The notes beneath the pieces were generated by a model, which was not told the DNA's origin, did no database searches, and saw nothing but the letters and a program-made list of their open reading frames with translations. Both the position numbers and the translations under genes were made by a program. From contig CM068742.1 of assembly GCA_035084275.1 (NCBI GenBank), forward strand, positions 53,878,001 to 53,942,000: a stretch of 64,000 nucleotides of DNA, written 5' to 3'. Each line of letters opens with the position of its first letter. The first letter of the stretch is position 1. Origin of the DNA: Hydrolagus colliei (Eukaryota). This document shows positions 48,666 to 62,281 of this stretch, piece after piece.

Positions 48666-50982
48666 TAAAGAAATCATTTAGCAATAAATGGGGAACATTT
48701 TACATAGTGGGCAGAATAGAAGTGAGGACTGAGTAATTTAGTCTTGGGTGTTTAAGATATTTTCTGTTCAGCTCTTTAATTTTTCCAAAAGTACATGTGT
48801 ATATGTCTCTCTCTTGTTTTGTTCTTATCTGGCGTTTATACTGTTGCGTTTGATATTTTCTTTCAGTACAACCTGCAATAGCATGAAGTTTCAGTGCATA
48901 AAATAATCATTTATTGTAACTTTTGCCACTGGGCTACCAAGCAGTAATGAGAGCACACAAATTCAAAACTGCCAGAATGAGATTGGAAATGCCTGTTGGC
49001 AAAAGCAGCCACTCTATGTACCAAAGTAGATGACAAAAAATCTCATAAAGTAGCAGCCAGAAACTATACAATAATAATAAATAATAATAATACAAACAAT
49101 AGTTAAAGAACTAAATTTGGAGGGCTGTATGATTGTTTAAGGAATCTGGGATACAACATTTCTTATAATCTTAACCTTAAAACTATTGTCGAAAAAAGGT
49201 ACGATTGTGTGGAATTTGGAGATTGTGTTGGCAAGGGGAGGGTGGAATCGAACCATTACTGTGTGTTCATTTGGTGATCCAATACCTGAGCCAGGCAGGG
49301 CTGCAATACTCCAGAGTACTGTTGATTAAAGACCAGCCTGCCTAGATTACCAATGGGAATTCAAATCAGCATTCTACTCCATGAGCCAATGCCCTAACAG
49401 GTAGAGTAGTGAGCTCATCATTGGACTAACAGTGGAAAACTCCTAAATGTTTAGTAAGATGGTAAGTTATGCATTTTAAGTGGCTGAAATCCATCAGTAT
49501 TTCAATATGCATTCTTGGATCCCCAATGTCATAGCTTCTGCGCACCTATTTTTCCAAGTATGGGAGTGTGCCTCACCACATGGGATGGATTACACACCTT
49601 ATAACTGGCAAACACAAGCACGTTTCTGTATGTTCTCGGTCAGTGAAACTAGTCTGTTAAGCATGGTAGAGCCCTAGCCAATGAAAATAACCTGTTCTCA
49701 TGTAATTTAATTCAGTCTTTATGATGATAGTGCAGTGCATTGCTTCTGATGCTTATGATTGCACATCGTGATGAAAAACCTATTAACGGTCTATCAAAAG
49801 AAACATCACATGAATTAGTCTATGTTAGAACTATGGATTGTTATGCATGAACAGCTGTAACACTATGTTAGGGCTCTCTGTTTGTGACTACAATAATATT
49901 CCCATTTCTATTGCTTATTGCTGCAAGATTACTTAATCCAATGTGTATACATAGTCATTTTACCCAAATAATCTGTGAAATCTCCTTAGTCCTAAACATG
50001 CACCTTCCTCTATGGGGATCATTTCTATACATTGAATATTTGAGCAAGCAGTAAATAATTATAGAGTTTATAGTTAAATAGTTATTCAATCGTTATGATG
50101 ACTAATATCCTTCAAATCCCTCAAGGTCAAAATCTAGTGAATATGCATCATTTGTAGGCAGATTGTAAACCTGCAGAAACAATTTCCTTGTGGTAATTTG
50201 TTCAACAATCAATTGCAACTCTCTGTAGTTTGCCATAGAAACATTAATCTTTGTTGCTTGGTCCCCATACAAGTAAAATCTAGGAAACCATTCCTCGGTG
50301 AGCTATTTCTTCATTAAATGCAGAAAAATATCTGAGAATTTGTACTGCAGGAATAAATATGCATTGTCATAACATACCAGCAGTTTTCAATTACATATAA
50401 ACATGTGTCTAATGCCACATAAATGAAACATAGCAGATATGAGAAATTGTGGAAATTCTGGACTCACTGAGAAAAAAATCAGCATCTGAGCAATTTCCTC
50501 AGAGAAATAGGAGCTCAGTGCTTTCTGCTTGGTTTCTTCCACCTGATCAAACAGGAAGGGCTGGAGCTCAGAGACTTTGACTAGCTCAGCTGTGGAGTTA
50601 AAAGAGAGAAAAATCATCAGATCTGCCTGTAACATTACATGTATATTGGGTCATTTGTGTGTCGCTGTGGAAAAATATCAAAGGGAAAGCAATCAGTTCA
50701 ACAATTGGAAAAAGTGATGAGGAACAGCAAAGGAAACTCATCAATGCCAGAATAAAATAATACTCCAATTCTGTTTGATGTATTTTCACAAGAAAAATAA
50801 GAAAAATAGATAGACTGAGTAATCGACCAGCTCAAAAGGTGGATTTCAACCAAATTTCAGCTATGTGAAGTGCTTTGAAACATCCTCCCAATGTGAAAAA
50901 TGCTATATAAATGTAAATTGTTGTTGAATGCTCAAAAGGAACTAGAGGTCAGCTTGCTGCATGTGCCTACCTACCTTTTGTT

Positions 50983-51242
50983 ATTAATAATAATCTTTAC
51001 ATTTGATATAGCATCTTTCATGTTAGGAGGGCATCTCAAAATGCTTCACAGGATATGCTGTAAAGTATAATGACTGTGTATTTTATGGACAAACACATCA
51101 GCCAATTTGTGCACAGCAATGTTCCACAAGGTCATGAAGTAAATGACCAATTTTATCTGAGGGATTGTTAGTCAGAACAACCCCCTATCTTTTCAAAAAG
51201 TAACATGGGATATGTAATGTCAACTTGAACGGACAGACAGGA
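50983..51242 (-). mobile_element. Old DeuSINE
   Basis: Reverse tail and cagccaatttgtgcacagcaatg...acatgggatatgtaatgtc. Confidence 0.75.
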
Positions 51243-52984
51243 TATCATCTTATCATACCTTGATATATTCTCGCCTGCAGTGGCTGTGCAGAGCGTAGAA
51301 TAATGCAAAGTTGCATATTTGAAAAGGTAGATAATATCCCATTACGTGTATTTATTGCTTTCGCGCTTTAGACGAAAGACTAATATCTTACAATAGGCTA
51401 TGTTGTTTCTGACAACTCGCACTGGAAACGTACCCAATTTTTCCTCTCTCGCACTCTTACGTTCATGAGGTAATTAAGCCTGAATACTGCATAAACATCA
51501 AATCAGTAGGTCAGGTCATTTGGAGTTTTGTTGTGTAGTGGTTAGTGTATTTGCCTTGCAAGTGAGAGGACCTTGGTTTGATTCCCTAGGCAGGAGGAAA
51601 CATGAGGAAAGTTTCTTCATTCCACACGCAGGTATTGTTAGTATTACTATTATTTTCCACAATTGTGCGTCACCTTAAATTTTAACACAAATTGTATCAC
51701 AGGAAGAATTTTGGAGCTCAGAAGAGTGTAGTAGCAACTTAATTCTGATTCCTGCTATATTATCTCCTGCTGGGTTTGTTATTGTATACATTTTCTAACT
51801 ATGGATGGCAAACCTATCACAGATGAAAGAAGCATGGAATTACTCATACAATAATGAACATTGTCTTCTTTAAAACACAGTTGCAAATCCCAAAGGTTTA
51901 TTTGCCAGACAGTTCCTAGAAATAGCAGAATCTCTGCAAGAGGTTCATTAAATTTTATTTATTTATATAAATTATGCTGTTGTAACCTTTTATGTTTTAA
52001 AATAACACCTCCTTGAGATTTTTCTTTCAGATCAATTCTGATGACAGCTATTGAAGGTAACAGGCTGGAAACTAGTGGCTAGTTTTTTCAGTTTTTCCCT
52101 TGTGGATGTATATGAGAATAGAACAGAAAGGTGGCTCAGTGTGTTTCAGAGGATGTTTGAAAAGTGCCTGAGGTACATAAAACATGGAGGTCGGTAACTG
52201 ATACTCAACACTGAGGAGAAGCTGATTGGAAGTTGAAACCAGAAATAAATTGCTCAGTGACACTCAGTGCACTCAATAATCATTTCCATTTCTTCCGTCT
52301 GAGTAGCAAATCTTTCATATTTTTTAAATTGAAGGCAATGGCCATTTTCAGTATTGATTTCAAATCAATTTGCACTATACCTGACACATGAAATTGACGG
52401 CAAGGACTTTTTCTTAATATAGGCGATCCAGTAGCTCCAAGTGGGAGTGTAACAAATCTTGTCGTCTGAGATGTAAATGTGGGTTGGAGTCCAGACCATG
52501 AACACAAAGCCTAAACCTTTGGTGATCGGCCTGAGGTACCAGAATAACATGTCAGAATTGTTTTTATAACATATCCCATGGGATGTTTTTTTACACAGGA
52601 AACTTATGTGTGAGCTATTTGTTTCTATTTTATATATTTTGGTTTGGAGCTCTTTTATTTTTCAGGTGATTAGGTCACAGATGCAGGTCCCATGAGTACG
52701 TTCCCTCTCCCCCATTGAAAATAATAGGAGTACATGAAACATTATGTAGCATTATTGTGCCTAGAGAGAGCAACATGCATTCATCCCTCCTTTTTTCCTT
52801 CCAAGTGTTTGACAGTGGGAGAACACGCTGAGATGCATTCTAAGATTCACAGTAAGAGGCCCTGGATATTGATCGCAGTTGCGAGTCATATTCAAATCCG
52901 ACTACCCTACATTTGTGAGTTTCATTAGTTCTTAGAAAGGCCACTAGGTGGAGTGGATTGCAGCAGCATTGTTCTGCTGCAATC

Positions 52985-53305
52985 CACGAGTGGACTACTG
53001 GAGTCAGCGAGAGGACCCTGGTTTGATTCACGAGTGGGACAAAACCTTAGTCAAGTTTCCTTACTCCATAATCCTCTGTTACCAAGCATTGAGTAGGAAC
53101 TTGATTGGCGGATCGCTTTCAGGAGTAATAATAATTCTTTAAAAAAATTTTTGGTCAGTCAATCCATGACTGCTGTGCACAATTGGCTACCATGTTTCGC
53201 CCACAAAATATACAGTCAATTCACTTAACAGTATATTCTCTCAAGCGCTTAGAGACGTGTCAACCATATGATAAGGTGCTATATGAAATGCAAAGATTAT
53301 TATCA
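52985..53305 (+). mobile_element. tRNA-derived SINE, long variant
   Basis: tttccttactcc followed by ctctgttaccaagcattgagtaggaacttgattggcggatcgc. Confidence 0.8.
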
Positions 53306-54679
53306 TGAGACTTTAAAGTGCTTTGAGATACATCATTGATGTGATAAAGTACTATATCAGATGCAAGAATTATTCAATTCTGGTAGTTTTAGTAAATTAT
53401 CATTGGGCAAAATGCCTCAATCTAATTTTGCCCAAATATGGGAACTGGCTTTTAGTTGCCAATGTTGAATAACACTTGTGTAAGGAACATATGTCAGCTA
53501 TACTGTGTTGTCAGATAACAAGGCAAATCAGTACTGTACAGCCGCCAAGCATTGATGACTGTCTTACCAAATCTAGGAATCTTTAGTGCTATCCAAGCCA
53601 ATTCAAGCTCTACCACCCACTTCCTCATCCTTACCAAGTTTTACACACCCATCACGTTAGTTCTTGCCAGGCTCCATTGCCTTCCAGCAATCAATTTCAA
53701 AGTCCTTTCCCTTACTTATAAATCTCTTCATGCTAAAGCACCTAACTAGTGTTTGCTGCATGTCCACTGCTCTCTCTGCATTGTTGTTCCTCTTTGTGAG
53801 TTTCATTTTTAACAGTGCAAAACAATTCACAATATGTGGCTTGGCTGGATCCTAATGGAATCAACCCCATCAATACAGAACCAAATTATAAGGATAGCTG
53901 TTCTGCCCTCTATCTCATTGCTAATAACTAGACTTTATTCAGATGTGACTTCATTCTAGATTTTGAAACAAATTACAAACTAATCTAGGTGTGATTCAAC
54001 CTCATCTCAGCTAGAGAGCTTCTCGATGAACCTGGCAATGTTAGAGCACAGCCAGCCAGAACCCTAGCTCAGTTTGAGATTTGCTCGATCAATCTGGCAA
54101 TGTCAGAACACAGCTAGAGTCACAGATTATCTCCAGTGAACCCAAAGAAGGAACTTTATGAAGAGAAACCTGTTGTCCAAGGAATTGTGAACATGAAGTT
54201 TGTTGTTACAATAATATTGCATTACGATGAATAGACAATTTCTTTGCTCCTGCTAACAATATCAGCCTGTAACCAATGGGTTTCTATGGAACTGCAGAGG
54301 ATGTATAGCTATTAAAAACAGATGTCTCTATGAATGTAATGAAGTGTTGCCTTGTGTGCTGAAAAAACCCAGATATATTTGCAGTAGCATAAAACAAGAG
54401 AGTCACGTTATAATGTGTTTAGCTATGTCTTCTAATTAAGGTCTTCTAAACTCCAGGACTGACATTTCTGATGTTTTTGTTGTGCTTATTTTTCCCACTT
54501 TATAGCATAATACAGTAACAGCATTCTTTGATTAATATCATTTTCCTTTGGAAGCTCACCTCAGTCACAGGTTATCACCAGTACACTCAGAAAGGTGAGT
54601 GTTGCTGAAGTATAGCCAAACTACAATGGTAATCTCCTTTAAGATGAATTAATAACAAGACTAGGCAGAGTCAAGACTA

Positions 54680-55420
54680 TACAAAAGGGAAATCATGTTT
54701 AATAAATCTTTTAGAGTTTTTGGAGGATTTAATTAGCAGGTTAGATAGGGGAAAGCAGTAGATGTAGTGTATATGGATTTTCAGAAGGCTTTCAACAAGG
54801 TGCCACATAAAAGGCTGCAACATGAGATTAGGGACCATGGAATAAAAGGCAATATGCATGGATTGGAGAGTAGCTATCAGGGAGAAAACAGAGAGTAGGG
54901 AAAAATGAGTCCTTCTCAGATTGGCAGGATGTGATTAGTGGAGTGCCACGAGGATCAATGCTTGGGCTTCAAATATTTACAGTATATTTAGATGAGGAAA
55001 GAGCTTAACATATCTAAATTTGCAGATTGGAGGATAACACGAAAATAGTTAAAATGGATTTAGACAAGCTCGGTGAGTGGGCAAGAAGGTGGCACATGGA
55101 GTATAATGTGGGAAAGTGGGAAGTTATTCACCTGGGTAGTAAAAATAGAAAGGCAGATTATTTTCTAGAGGGGGAGAGATTAGGCAGTATTAGTGATCAA
55201 AGGGATTTATTTGGGTGTCCTTGTACACCAGTCACAAAATGTTAGTATGCAGGTATAGCAAGCAACTAGGAAGGCTAATTAGTCCAGTAAGATATATGAA
55301 AGTCCTTTCATATATTCAAGGGCTGGTAAATGGAATTAGGTTAGGAGATCAGCTATGATCTTACTCGAATGGCCCAATGTGCTTACTGCTGCTCCTATTT
55401 TTCATGTTTTTATGTTCTTA
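54680..55420 (+). mobile_element. Degenerate CR1 RT fragment and tail
   Basis: KGKSCLINLLEF, DVVYMDFQKAFNKVPH, SGVPRGSMLG, KFAD, WHMEYNVGKWEVIHLG; frameshifted. Confidence 0.92.
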
Positions 55421-56756
55421 AAGGAAGTGTAAGTTCAAGACCCATATCGAAACCTGTGGTTGGAGCATAGGCTGACAATCCAGTCCTGCATTGTCTGAGG
55501 TGACACCTTCAGAAGTTGTTTATCCAAGGACTTTAGCTCATCTGGGTTGTCATTAAAAATCTAATGTCACTACAGATATTCAAAATTAGAGAGAAATTTA
55601 TTTCAGTTTCCTGGCTAACTATCACCCAGATTAATTGATTAGTGTTCTTATGGTTGTTTGTAGGACCTGACACAAATAATATCAGTGTTTGTTCACACAA
55701 CCCAGAACAGTCACTACCCTTGACAGTAATTATCTGTGATACATCATGTTGATGTAATAAAGTGCTATAAAAATAATAATGCTAATGCAATTTCTCTTAA
55801 AGAATGCCTTTGAAGGAAAGAGTGCCATCATAATTGGATTTAACTGAAACGCGTGCTCTACATACTTCCTCAATGGTAGGTATCTGTGGAAAAGGCAGTT
55901 AACAGTAATGAAGTGATGAAATTCAGCACAGAGCCACAGTGAAACAGGATCACAGAACTGAGTAATGAGATCCAGACTTTATGACTAGTGTTTAACACAA
56001 TCTACCACCTCTAGAGGGTCTCTACTACACAAGCAATGGATCCATACTTTCTTTCCTCTTTGCGTATAGAAATCTAGCCATGTCTAACACAATGCCGGAA
56101 TGACACTCCCTCTTTCCCCCACTCCATTCCCCTTTCCGAATAGAACACAGCTGTTGCTTTTGCAAATGTACATTGTTTAATGTAGATTGAGAAACATGTC
56201 TGTGATTATCACTGTAGGAAATTTGAGGCCTTTTGTGTAAACAGTAGGGGTGCAATAATTTTGTGAACATGTGTAATTCATCATTGATTACAGCTGTACT
56301 TAACTAAAATTTTCCTAGTTAAATAATCATTTCACTGCCATTTAGGGTAAAACAAGCCAGTTGCCACAATGCTTTTTTCAAATGTTGTCATTTAATGGTC
56401 CACTCAAGTCTTACAACAGTGCCTTTAATTACAGGCAAACATAAGTTTTAAGGTATTTTAACAAGCAAACAGAAAACAGGAGATCAGTCAAATGTTGGGC
56501 TGGCTTTTTCATAACAAATGACCATTGATTATATAAAATCTGCTGTCATTGTTTCGCTGCATTGTCAGTGTCTTCAGTTTGTCTTTAAGCTTAAATTAGG
56601 GGCATTCTGATCGGCTGATGATAAAATAAAGGTTCATCGCTTATTTTATCATGCTGGATGATACAGAAGTACATTTGAAAATTATTTTGATCTGAGGTTA
56701 TCAAAGAGAAAACAATGAACGCTGGAGACTTAAAATAAAACAAAATAAATAATGGT

Positions 56757-56902
56757 AAAAATCCACAGCGTGTCAATTGGCATCAGTAAGAAAAAGATTG
56801 TTTAACATTTAGAGCCAGGCCCCTCGGTCATGTCTGAAACTTTAACCTGTTTTCTCCTTCAAATACTGATTGATATGCTGTGCATATCTAACAATTCTGT
56901 TG
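56757..56902. mobile_element. Degenerate inverted Penelope-type terminal repeat pair
   Basis: cacagcgtgtcaattggcatc...gaaactttaacctgttttctc...tactgattgatatgctgtg; same layout as 9595-9858. Confidence 0.45.
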
Positions 56903-57378
56903 ATCTAAGGTTATATTGTATTTAAGCACAATATACAGCACTGATCACGTAACTTTAATTTGATGACTTCATCGTTTGTGAGATCAAGCTATTGGCATCC
57001 AGTTAGCTTCGAACGCTCAATTTAATTGCAGAGAAGTATTAAAATGTTGATTTACCCCTTAGACTGCCAGAAGCTCCAGGGTATATCAGGCCTACAATTT
57101 TGTTTCTAAGTTTTCAACTCAAACATTGTGATGCAAGCAAAGCTTCCCCTATTGTATGTCACAGTTATTGAAATATATTGGGAGTAGTTGTATGGTTAAC
57201 CCTATGTTACTATTTTACAAACATTTATACTTTCACTCTTTTTCTTCGTTTTTTCCACATCAAGGATGTCATCACAGTATAGGCTGACATTCCAATGCAG
57301 AGTTGGGGAGCTCTGCTCATTGTCAGAGATGCCACCCTTGAAATGAAATGTTAAACTGTGTTCCTGTTTACTGCTTAG

Positions 57379-58029
57379 TAGGGTCCGGCGATATAACGAT
57401 ATATCGCTAAAACCCGATATAATTTTCATATCGATATGCCGATATAGGCATTTAAAAAATACCGATATATCGAAAAAGTCGATATATCGAGGGAAAAAAT
57501 CGGAATGCGCTCACACTGAACTACAAGACCCAGAATGCTCATCTCTATACACAATGCACAGGCCGAGGTGCAAAGCCGCCATATTGTATTCATAGTACTC
57601 AAATACAATATACAGGTATGCAAGGGGTGGGGTGGGGGGAGAGAGACAGCGGCGGGGGGGCTGGAGGAGAGAGGGACGGCGGTGTGGGGGAGAGACGGGG
57701 TGGATGTGATAATATACAGATAAATAGAACTGGGGGAGATGTGAGAGAGGAGAGAGACACAGAGACACAGACAGAAAAACACAGAGATGGAGAGAGTGAG
57801 TGTGAGAGACACACAGAGATAAATATATTTACCTCCTGAGGAGATAGGCCCCGAATGCGCGCGCACCCGAATGCGCATGCACCCCGAATGCGCGCGCACC
57901 CCGAATGCACGCGCACCCCGAATGAGCATGCGCATTACGAAAACCTTGAAAATATCGATATTTTGCTATATCTCGATATGAGCCCATCGATATATCTAAA
58001 TCGGACAATTTCCATATCGACGGACCCTA
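57379..58029 (+). mobile_element. Complete 651-bp non-autonomous hAT DNA transposon
   Basis: TIRs TAGGGTCCG(G/T)CGATAT; perfect 8-bp TSD CTGCTTAG (57371-57378, 58030-58037); subterminal CGATAT repeats. Confidence 0.95.
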
Positions 58030-58195
58030 CTGCTTAGGTTGACATTGAAGATCCCAATGTTCTATTCAAAAAAAGAAGGGAATTTCTTCTGATGCTCTGG
58101 CCAACATTCCCCCAAATAAACTTGATTGTTCACTTCATGGTTGCTTGTGAGACATTACTCTAAGCAAATTGACAGTAGCATCCACCTACAAATCA

Positions 58196-58652
58196 ACAAT
58201 AACAACAAAATTACACTTATAGAGTGCCTTTCAAGTAGGGAGGACTTTCCAAGGTGCTGGACATTCGGAGGGGCAGGTAGTAGGGAGGGGAGGGAACGGA
58301 AAGAATTGGGAGGGCAACAGAAGGCACGATCGAGGAGGAGGGTCTTGAGACCAGCCTCAAAGGAGGCGAGGGAGGAAGTGAGATGAAGGGACTATGATAT
58401 AGAGTTCCAGAGTCTGGGGGTGGAGAGGCTAAAAGCCCATCCACCGATGGTAGGGTGGATCAGGCGGGTGACATGGAGTAGACCGGAGCCCGCTGAATGG
58501 AGGGGGCAGGCAGGTTCATAGGGGGACAGCAGTGGAGAGATAGGAGGGGACATGGACTTGAATGCCTTGAAAGGACGAGGATCTTGAGTTCGATCCTCTG
58601 GGGATGGGAAGCCAATGGAGCTGGGCGAGGGTGGGAGTGATGTGGTCGCAGA
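58196..58652 (-). mobile_element. 5'-truncated L2 3' region
   Basis: Reverse tail aacaacaaaattacacttatagagtgcctttcaag; ggaggagggtcttgag; possible caaat TSD. Confidence 0.85.
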
Positions 58653-59924
58653 GCAAATATGTAGTCACTACAATTTACAAAAATACCTGTGAAGTTCTTT
58701 GAAGTGATTTGATGATGAGGTGCTATATCAAATGCAAGGATTATTTATTAACTTTCCCCATTTTTATCTTTGCTGTCGTTTTGTAATTTTGCTGTAACTT
58801 CAGTTCTAAGTTACCCTATTCTAAAATTCTCTATTTCACACTTGAAGTAGCACTTTTCTGCTTCACGCAATCATGCCAACTACAAACATGGAAATCCAGA
58901 TATTTAATTTCTGGCTGATTTAAAATTTATCGTGGACATTTTCTACAACAATAACAACTTGCCAAAAATGTAGTGCCCTTCAGAGCAGCGTCTTGGAGTG
59001 CTTAACAGTGGTGTGGCGTAACACTGAACCAGATGGAGGATGGAGGTGACCATAAGCATGGACAAAGAGAATACTTTTAAATCATGATCTAAAAGAGCGG
59101 AAGGAGGAGGCAAAGCGGAGCAATTGGGATATTACCTTTTGCGGGTGACAGAGTACAGTTTCTGGGTTAAATAATTTTCCTATGCATTTGCAAGCAAAAA
59201 TGTGAACCCATGAACAAATATCTGATGCTATACTGCTCTTTGCAGGACAGACTCCTGAACTAATTGGAAACAAAGCTTGTGTTACTCTTATAAATCAGCA
59301 CATGGTACATTAATACCAACTGATAGGAAAATGGCAAAGGGGGGAATGAAACCATGGCTTACAGAGCAATAGGTGGAGAAAAAATATCTAGGAAAGGCAT
59401 CAATCATTCAGAAAGTGGAATGAATCCACCAAATTCCTCACACAAAATAGAAGGTTGAAGAGGGCATGGAATGAGAAAAAAGCATCTTTGCTCTTCAGAT
59501 TCTGTGCTGTTGGAAAGTGCTAGTAGAAGTACTGAGATAGATTACTGTGCCAATTTCGCTTGTAACATCAGTAGCTCATTTATCGTCACAATTCCAGCCT
59601 AAGCAAGAACTGCTTTGCAAGAACTGTCTGTGGCCATGAAAGTGAGGGATGTCAGTGCTGAGGAATGGAACACTACTCCATTTCCAGTGATTGCAACAAG
59701 TTTAGATCAAGTACACATGCAGCCAGAACCACATCTGAGCAGTTAATAGTTCCAAATATGGGTGCCTCAATGATCTTCACAAGGTTAAAATAACTTTTTA
59801 AACTTGAAATAAAATGACATTCTGGCACACACTAGTACTTAATTATTCTTTTTGAGAACAAGATATTATATAGTCATTGCATTTATACAGCATTTTATCA
59901 TGTCACTGATGTTTGATAACAACT

Positions 59925-60088
59925 TTTAAAAGCGAGGTAGACATTTATTTGGGGAGGACGGGTTTTCACAGTTATGGGGAGAGAGCTGAGGAGTGGGATT
60001 AAATTGCTCTTTTTAAAGAGCCGGCACAGACTTGATGGGCCGAATGGCATTCTTTTGTGCCGTAAGATTCTATGATTCTATTCTATGT
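59925..60088 (+). mobile_element. CR1 3' end
   Basis: gagccggcacagacttgatgggccgaatggc...(ttctatg/a)n. Confidence 0.85.
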
Positions 60089-60398
60089 GCTGCAGAGTGA
60101 CTACAGTCACATCCGAGCATTTCACATTTCTAATATTATTGTTGAACATGTCAGCCAATTTATGCACTGCAGTGCCCCATGAGCAGGCATGAGGTGAATT
60201 ACCAAGTCAATCAGGAAGATCGTTGGTCAGCACATCAAGAGAAAGTCTCTAATTGTGAGCACTTGTAAGCATTTGAATATGTCTAGCTCACTGGCTTTTT
60301 GCCGAATCAGCTTTTAAACTCCAATCAAGTCAATTGAACAGAAGATTCTCCATTGAATAGATGTACTTGAGGTGCCCTCTTCCCAGGTCATTCTAACC

Positions 60399-60687
60399 CA
60401 GTGGTTCCTAACCTTTTTTTTTGCTGTGACCCAAATTAACCACCAACAGATCCTCCTGACCCTTAGGGGACGACTGAAGCGAAGCTTAGTCAAAACAATA
60501 TCTCCATCTCTTTTGTGGACTCAGCGCAACTCGCAAGTAAGGTCTTGCACACAAAATGGTCAGCGGTGTCGCCTCGGGTGCTTCTTTTTTAGCATTACAA
60601 AAGCATTTTGAACATTAAAAAAATTCTGATGACCCTTCACGACGCAACAAAGGACCCCCGCGACCCTGATTTGGGTCGGGACCACTG
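60399..60687. mobile_element. 289-bp hAT-Charlie-type MITE
   Basis: TIRs CAGTGGTTCC / GGGACCACTG; perfect 8-bp TSD TTCTAACC (60391-60398, 60688-60695). Confidence 0.92.
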
Positions 60688-62281
60688 TTCTAACCAGCGA
60701 TATCAGGTTAATAGGATACTGTTATTTCACTTAAAACAAAAGCCCTCTAGCCTTCAGTTATACCGATCAGATAGATGGACAGCACTATTAAAAAAAAATT
60801 AGAAAAAGGTGTCTGCTTTTTCAGCATTCCAGGTATATTTAATAAGATGAATGTCACAGCACGTTTCCCTTCAGGATGACCTGCCAATGCACTTGACAGT
60901 CCTGGCTTGGCTCCCCAGTTGGGGATAGGAGCCAAGGAGGGGTAGGGGAAAAATGACCAAAGGCACAATCAAAGAGGAGAGTCTTAAGATGGATCTTATG
61001 AGTAAAATTCCAAGAAAATTATTCTATTTGATGTCTGTGTTGGATAGGACCTCTGTATTATCAGCAAACAGCACATTCTATATAAACATAAGTGAAAAGG
61101 TAAAAAGAAGGAACTATTTATCAAGCCTTCACTTTCAATATAATTTGAAAGGAACCATTCAGGGATACCCTTCAGTTAAAGTGGGAGTGATGAACAGCAC
61201 ATATGTTGAAATAATAGAGCATATTTGCACTTCTGGTGAAAATAATAACAAGTAGTTTACGTTTCTGACAATATTAAACTTGATTTTGCTTCAGTAGTTC
61301 GGCCCTGTATGTGAATCATTGATAAAAATCAAGTGAAATCAGAGTGAAAACCATTAAATAACATATACTGGAAAGAATCCATCTGCAATTGTATTGTCCA
61401 CCTGCAATAGATTTAAACAAGGACAGATTAAGATAAATCATCACACTTACTGTACTCCATCCCATATGTACAGATGGGAACCCCAGGCACTGCCTTAAAG
61501 GTGGAGGAAATGGCACAATCTTACACATCTTTCAGACATGCCAGTGATCCAGGCTTACTGCCAAGTGCACTATGTGAAATTAAAATAATAACTCAGCCCT
61601 TTATTGATCCATACTGAATACGCTGCCTCCTGGGATTTCCCTCAGGCCCATATTTGGGCGAATATCTCAAGGTATCTTCTGTTTTTAGTTTGTAAATGTA
61701 GGAAAACTAAAGGTCAGCTATTGGAAACAACTGAGATCTACTGCAAACTCCAATCTACTGCAAACTCCTTTCTGATCCATCTGCAATTTGTTGCACAATA
61801 AATACTGTACCAAAGATAATGTTTATATATGTACTGCACTCCTTAGCATTGCATTTGATTAATTTTGCTCTCAAAGAACATGGGAGTACAGAAATGGGCA
61901 GGACTGGAAAAGACTGCTGTAATCCATTGCATAAGATCACAATGTTTATGGCAAAACATCTCCAGTGCAATTACTGCTGCATGATCGCCTGAGTTGAATA
62001 TCTCAAACATTGTATTCAAAGGAGCATGGAAAATAGCCAATCTCCTGACCATGCAGTTGCACCAAAATTATTTGCAAGCAGACAAGCAGGCTATGTGCAG
62101 GAAATGCTGTTGACATTACTTGCTTCATGAAGTGTGTAGTGTGATTGTGTGTGGTGTACGTGCACAGTGCGCAGGAAGTGATTGGGGTCAAGTTGTTGAC
62201 TGTAGTTTCAAGACTGTAAAAAGAGCGTTATATTAACAAACCCAAGAGAATATTAGCATAGAATATTTCTCTTTGCGCCGA

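Larger units (their letters stand above)
57278..58750 (+). mobile_element. Old DeuSINE interrupted by a hAT element and an L2
   Basis: Deu core 57281-57378 resumes at 58030; 3' part resumes at ~58654. Confidence 0.8.

Noticed and set aside
57849-57935. CRISPR-like array
   Set aside because: Head-to-tail tandem units with no spacers, inside a eukaryotic transposon, no cas genes
57426-57935. 169-aa ORF similar to 6367-6933
   Set aside because: Similarity comes from the shared hAT element; built from tandem and simple repeats, no transposase motifs
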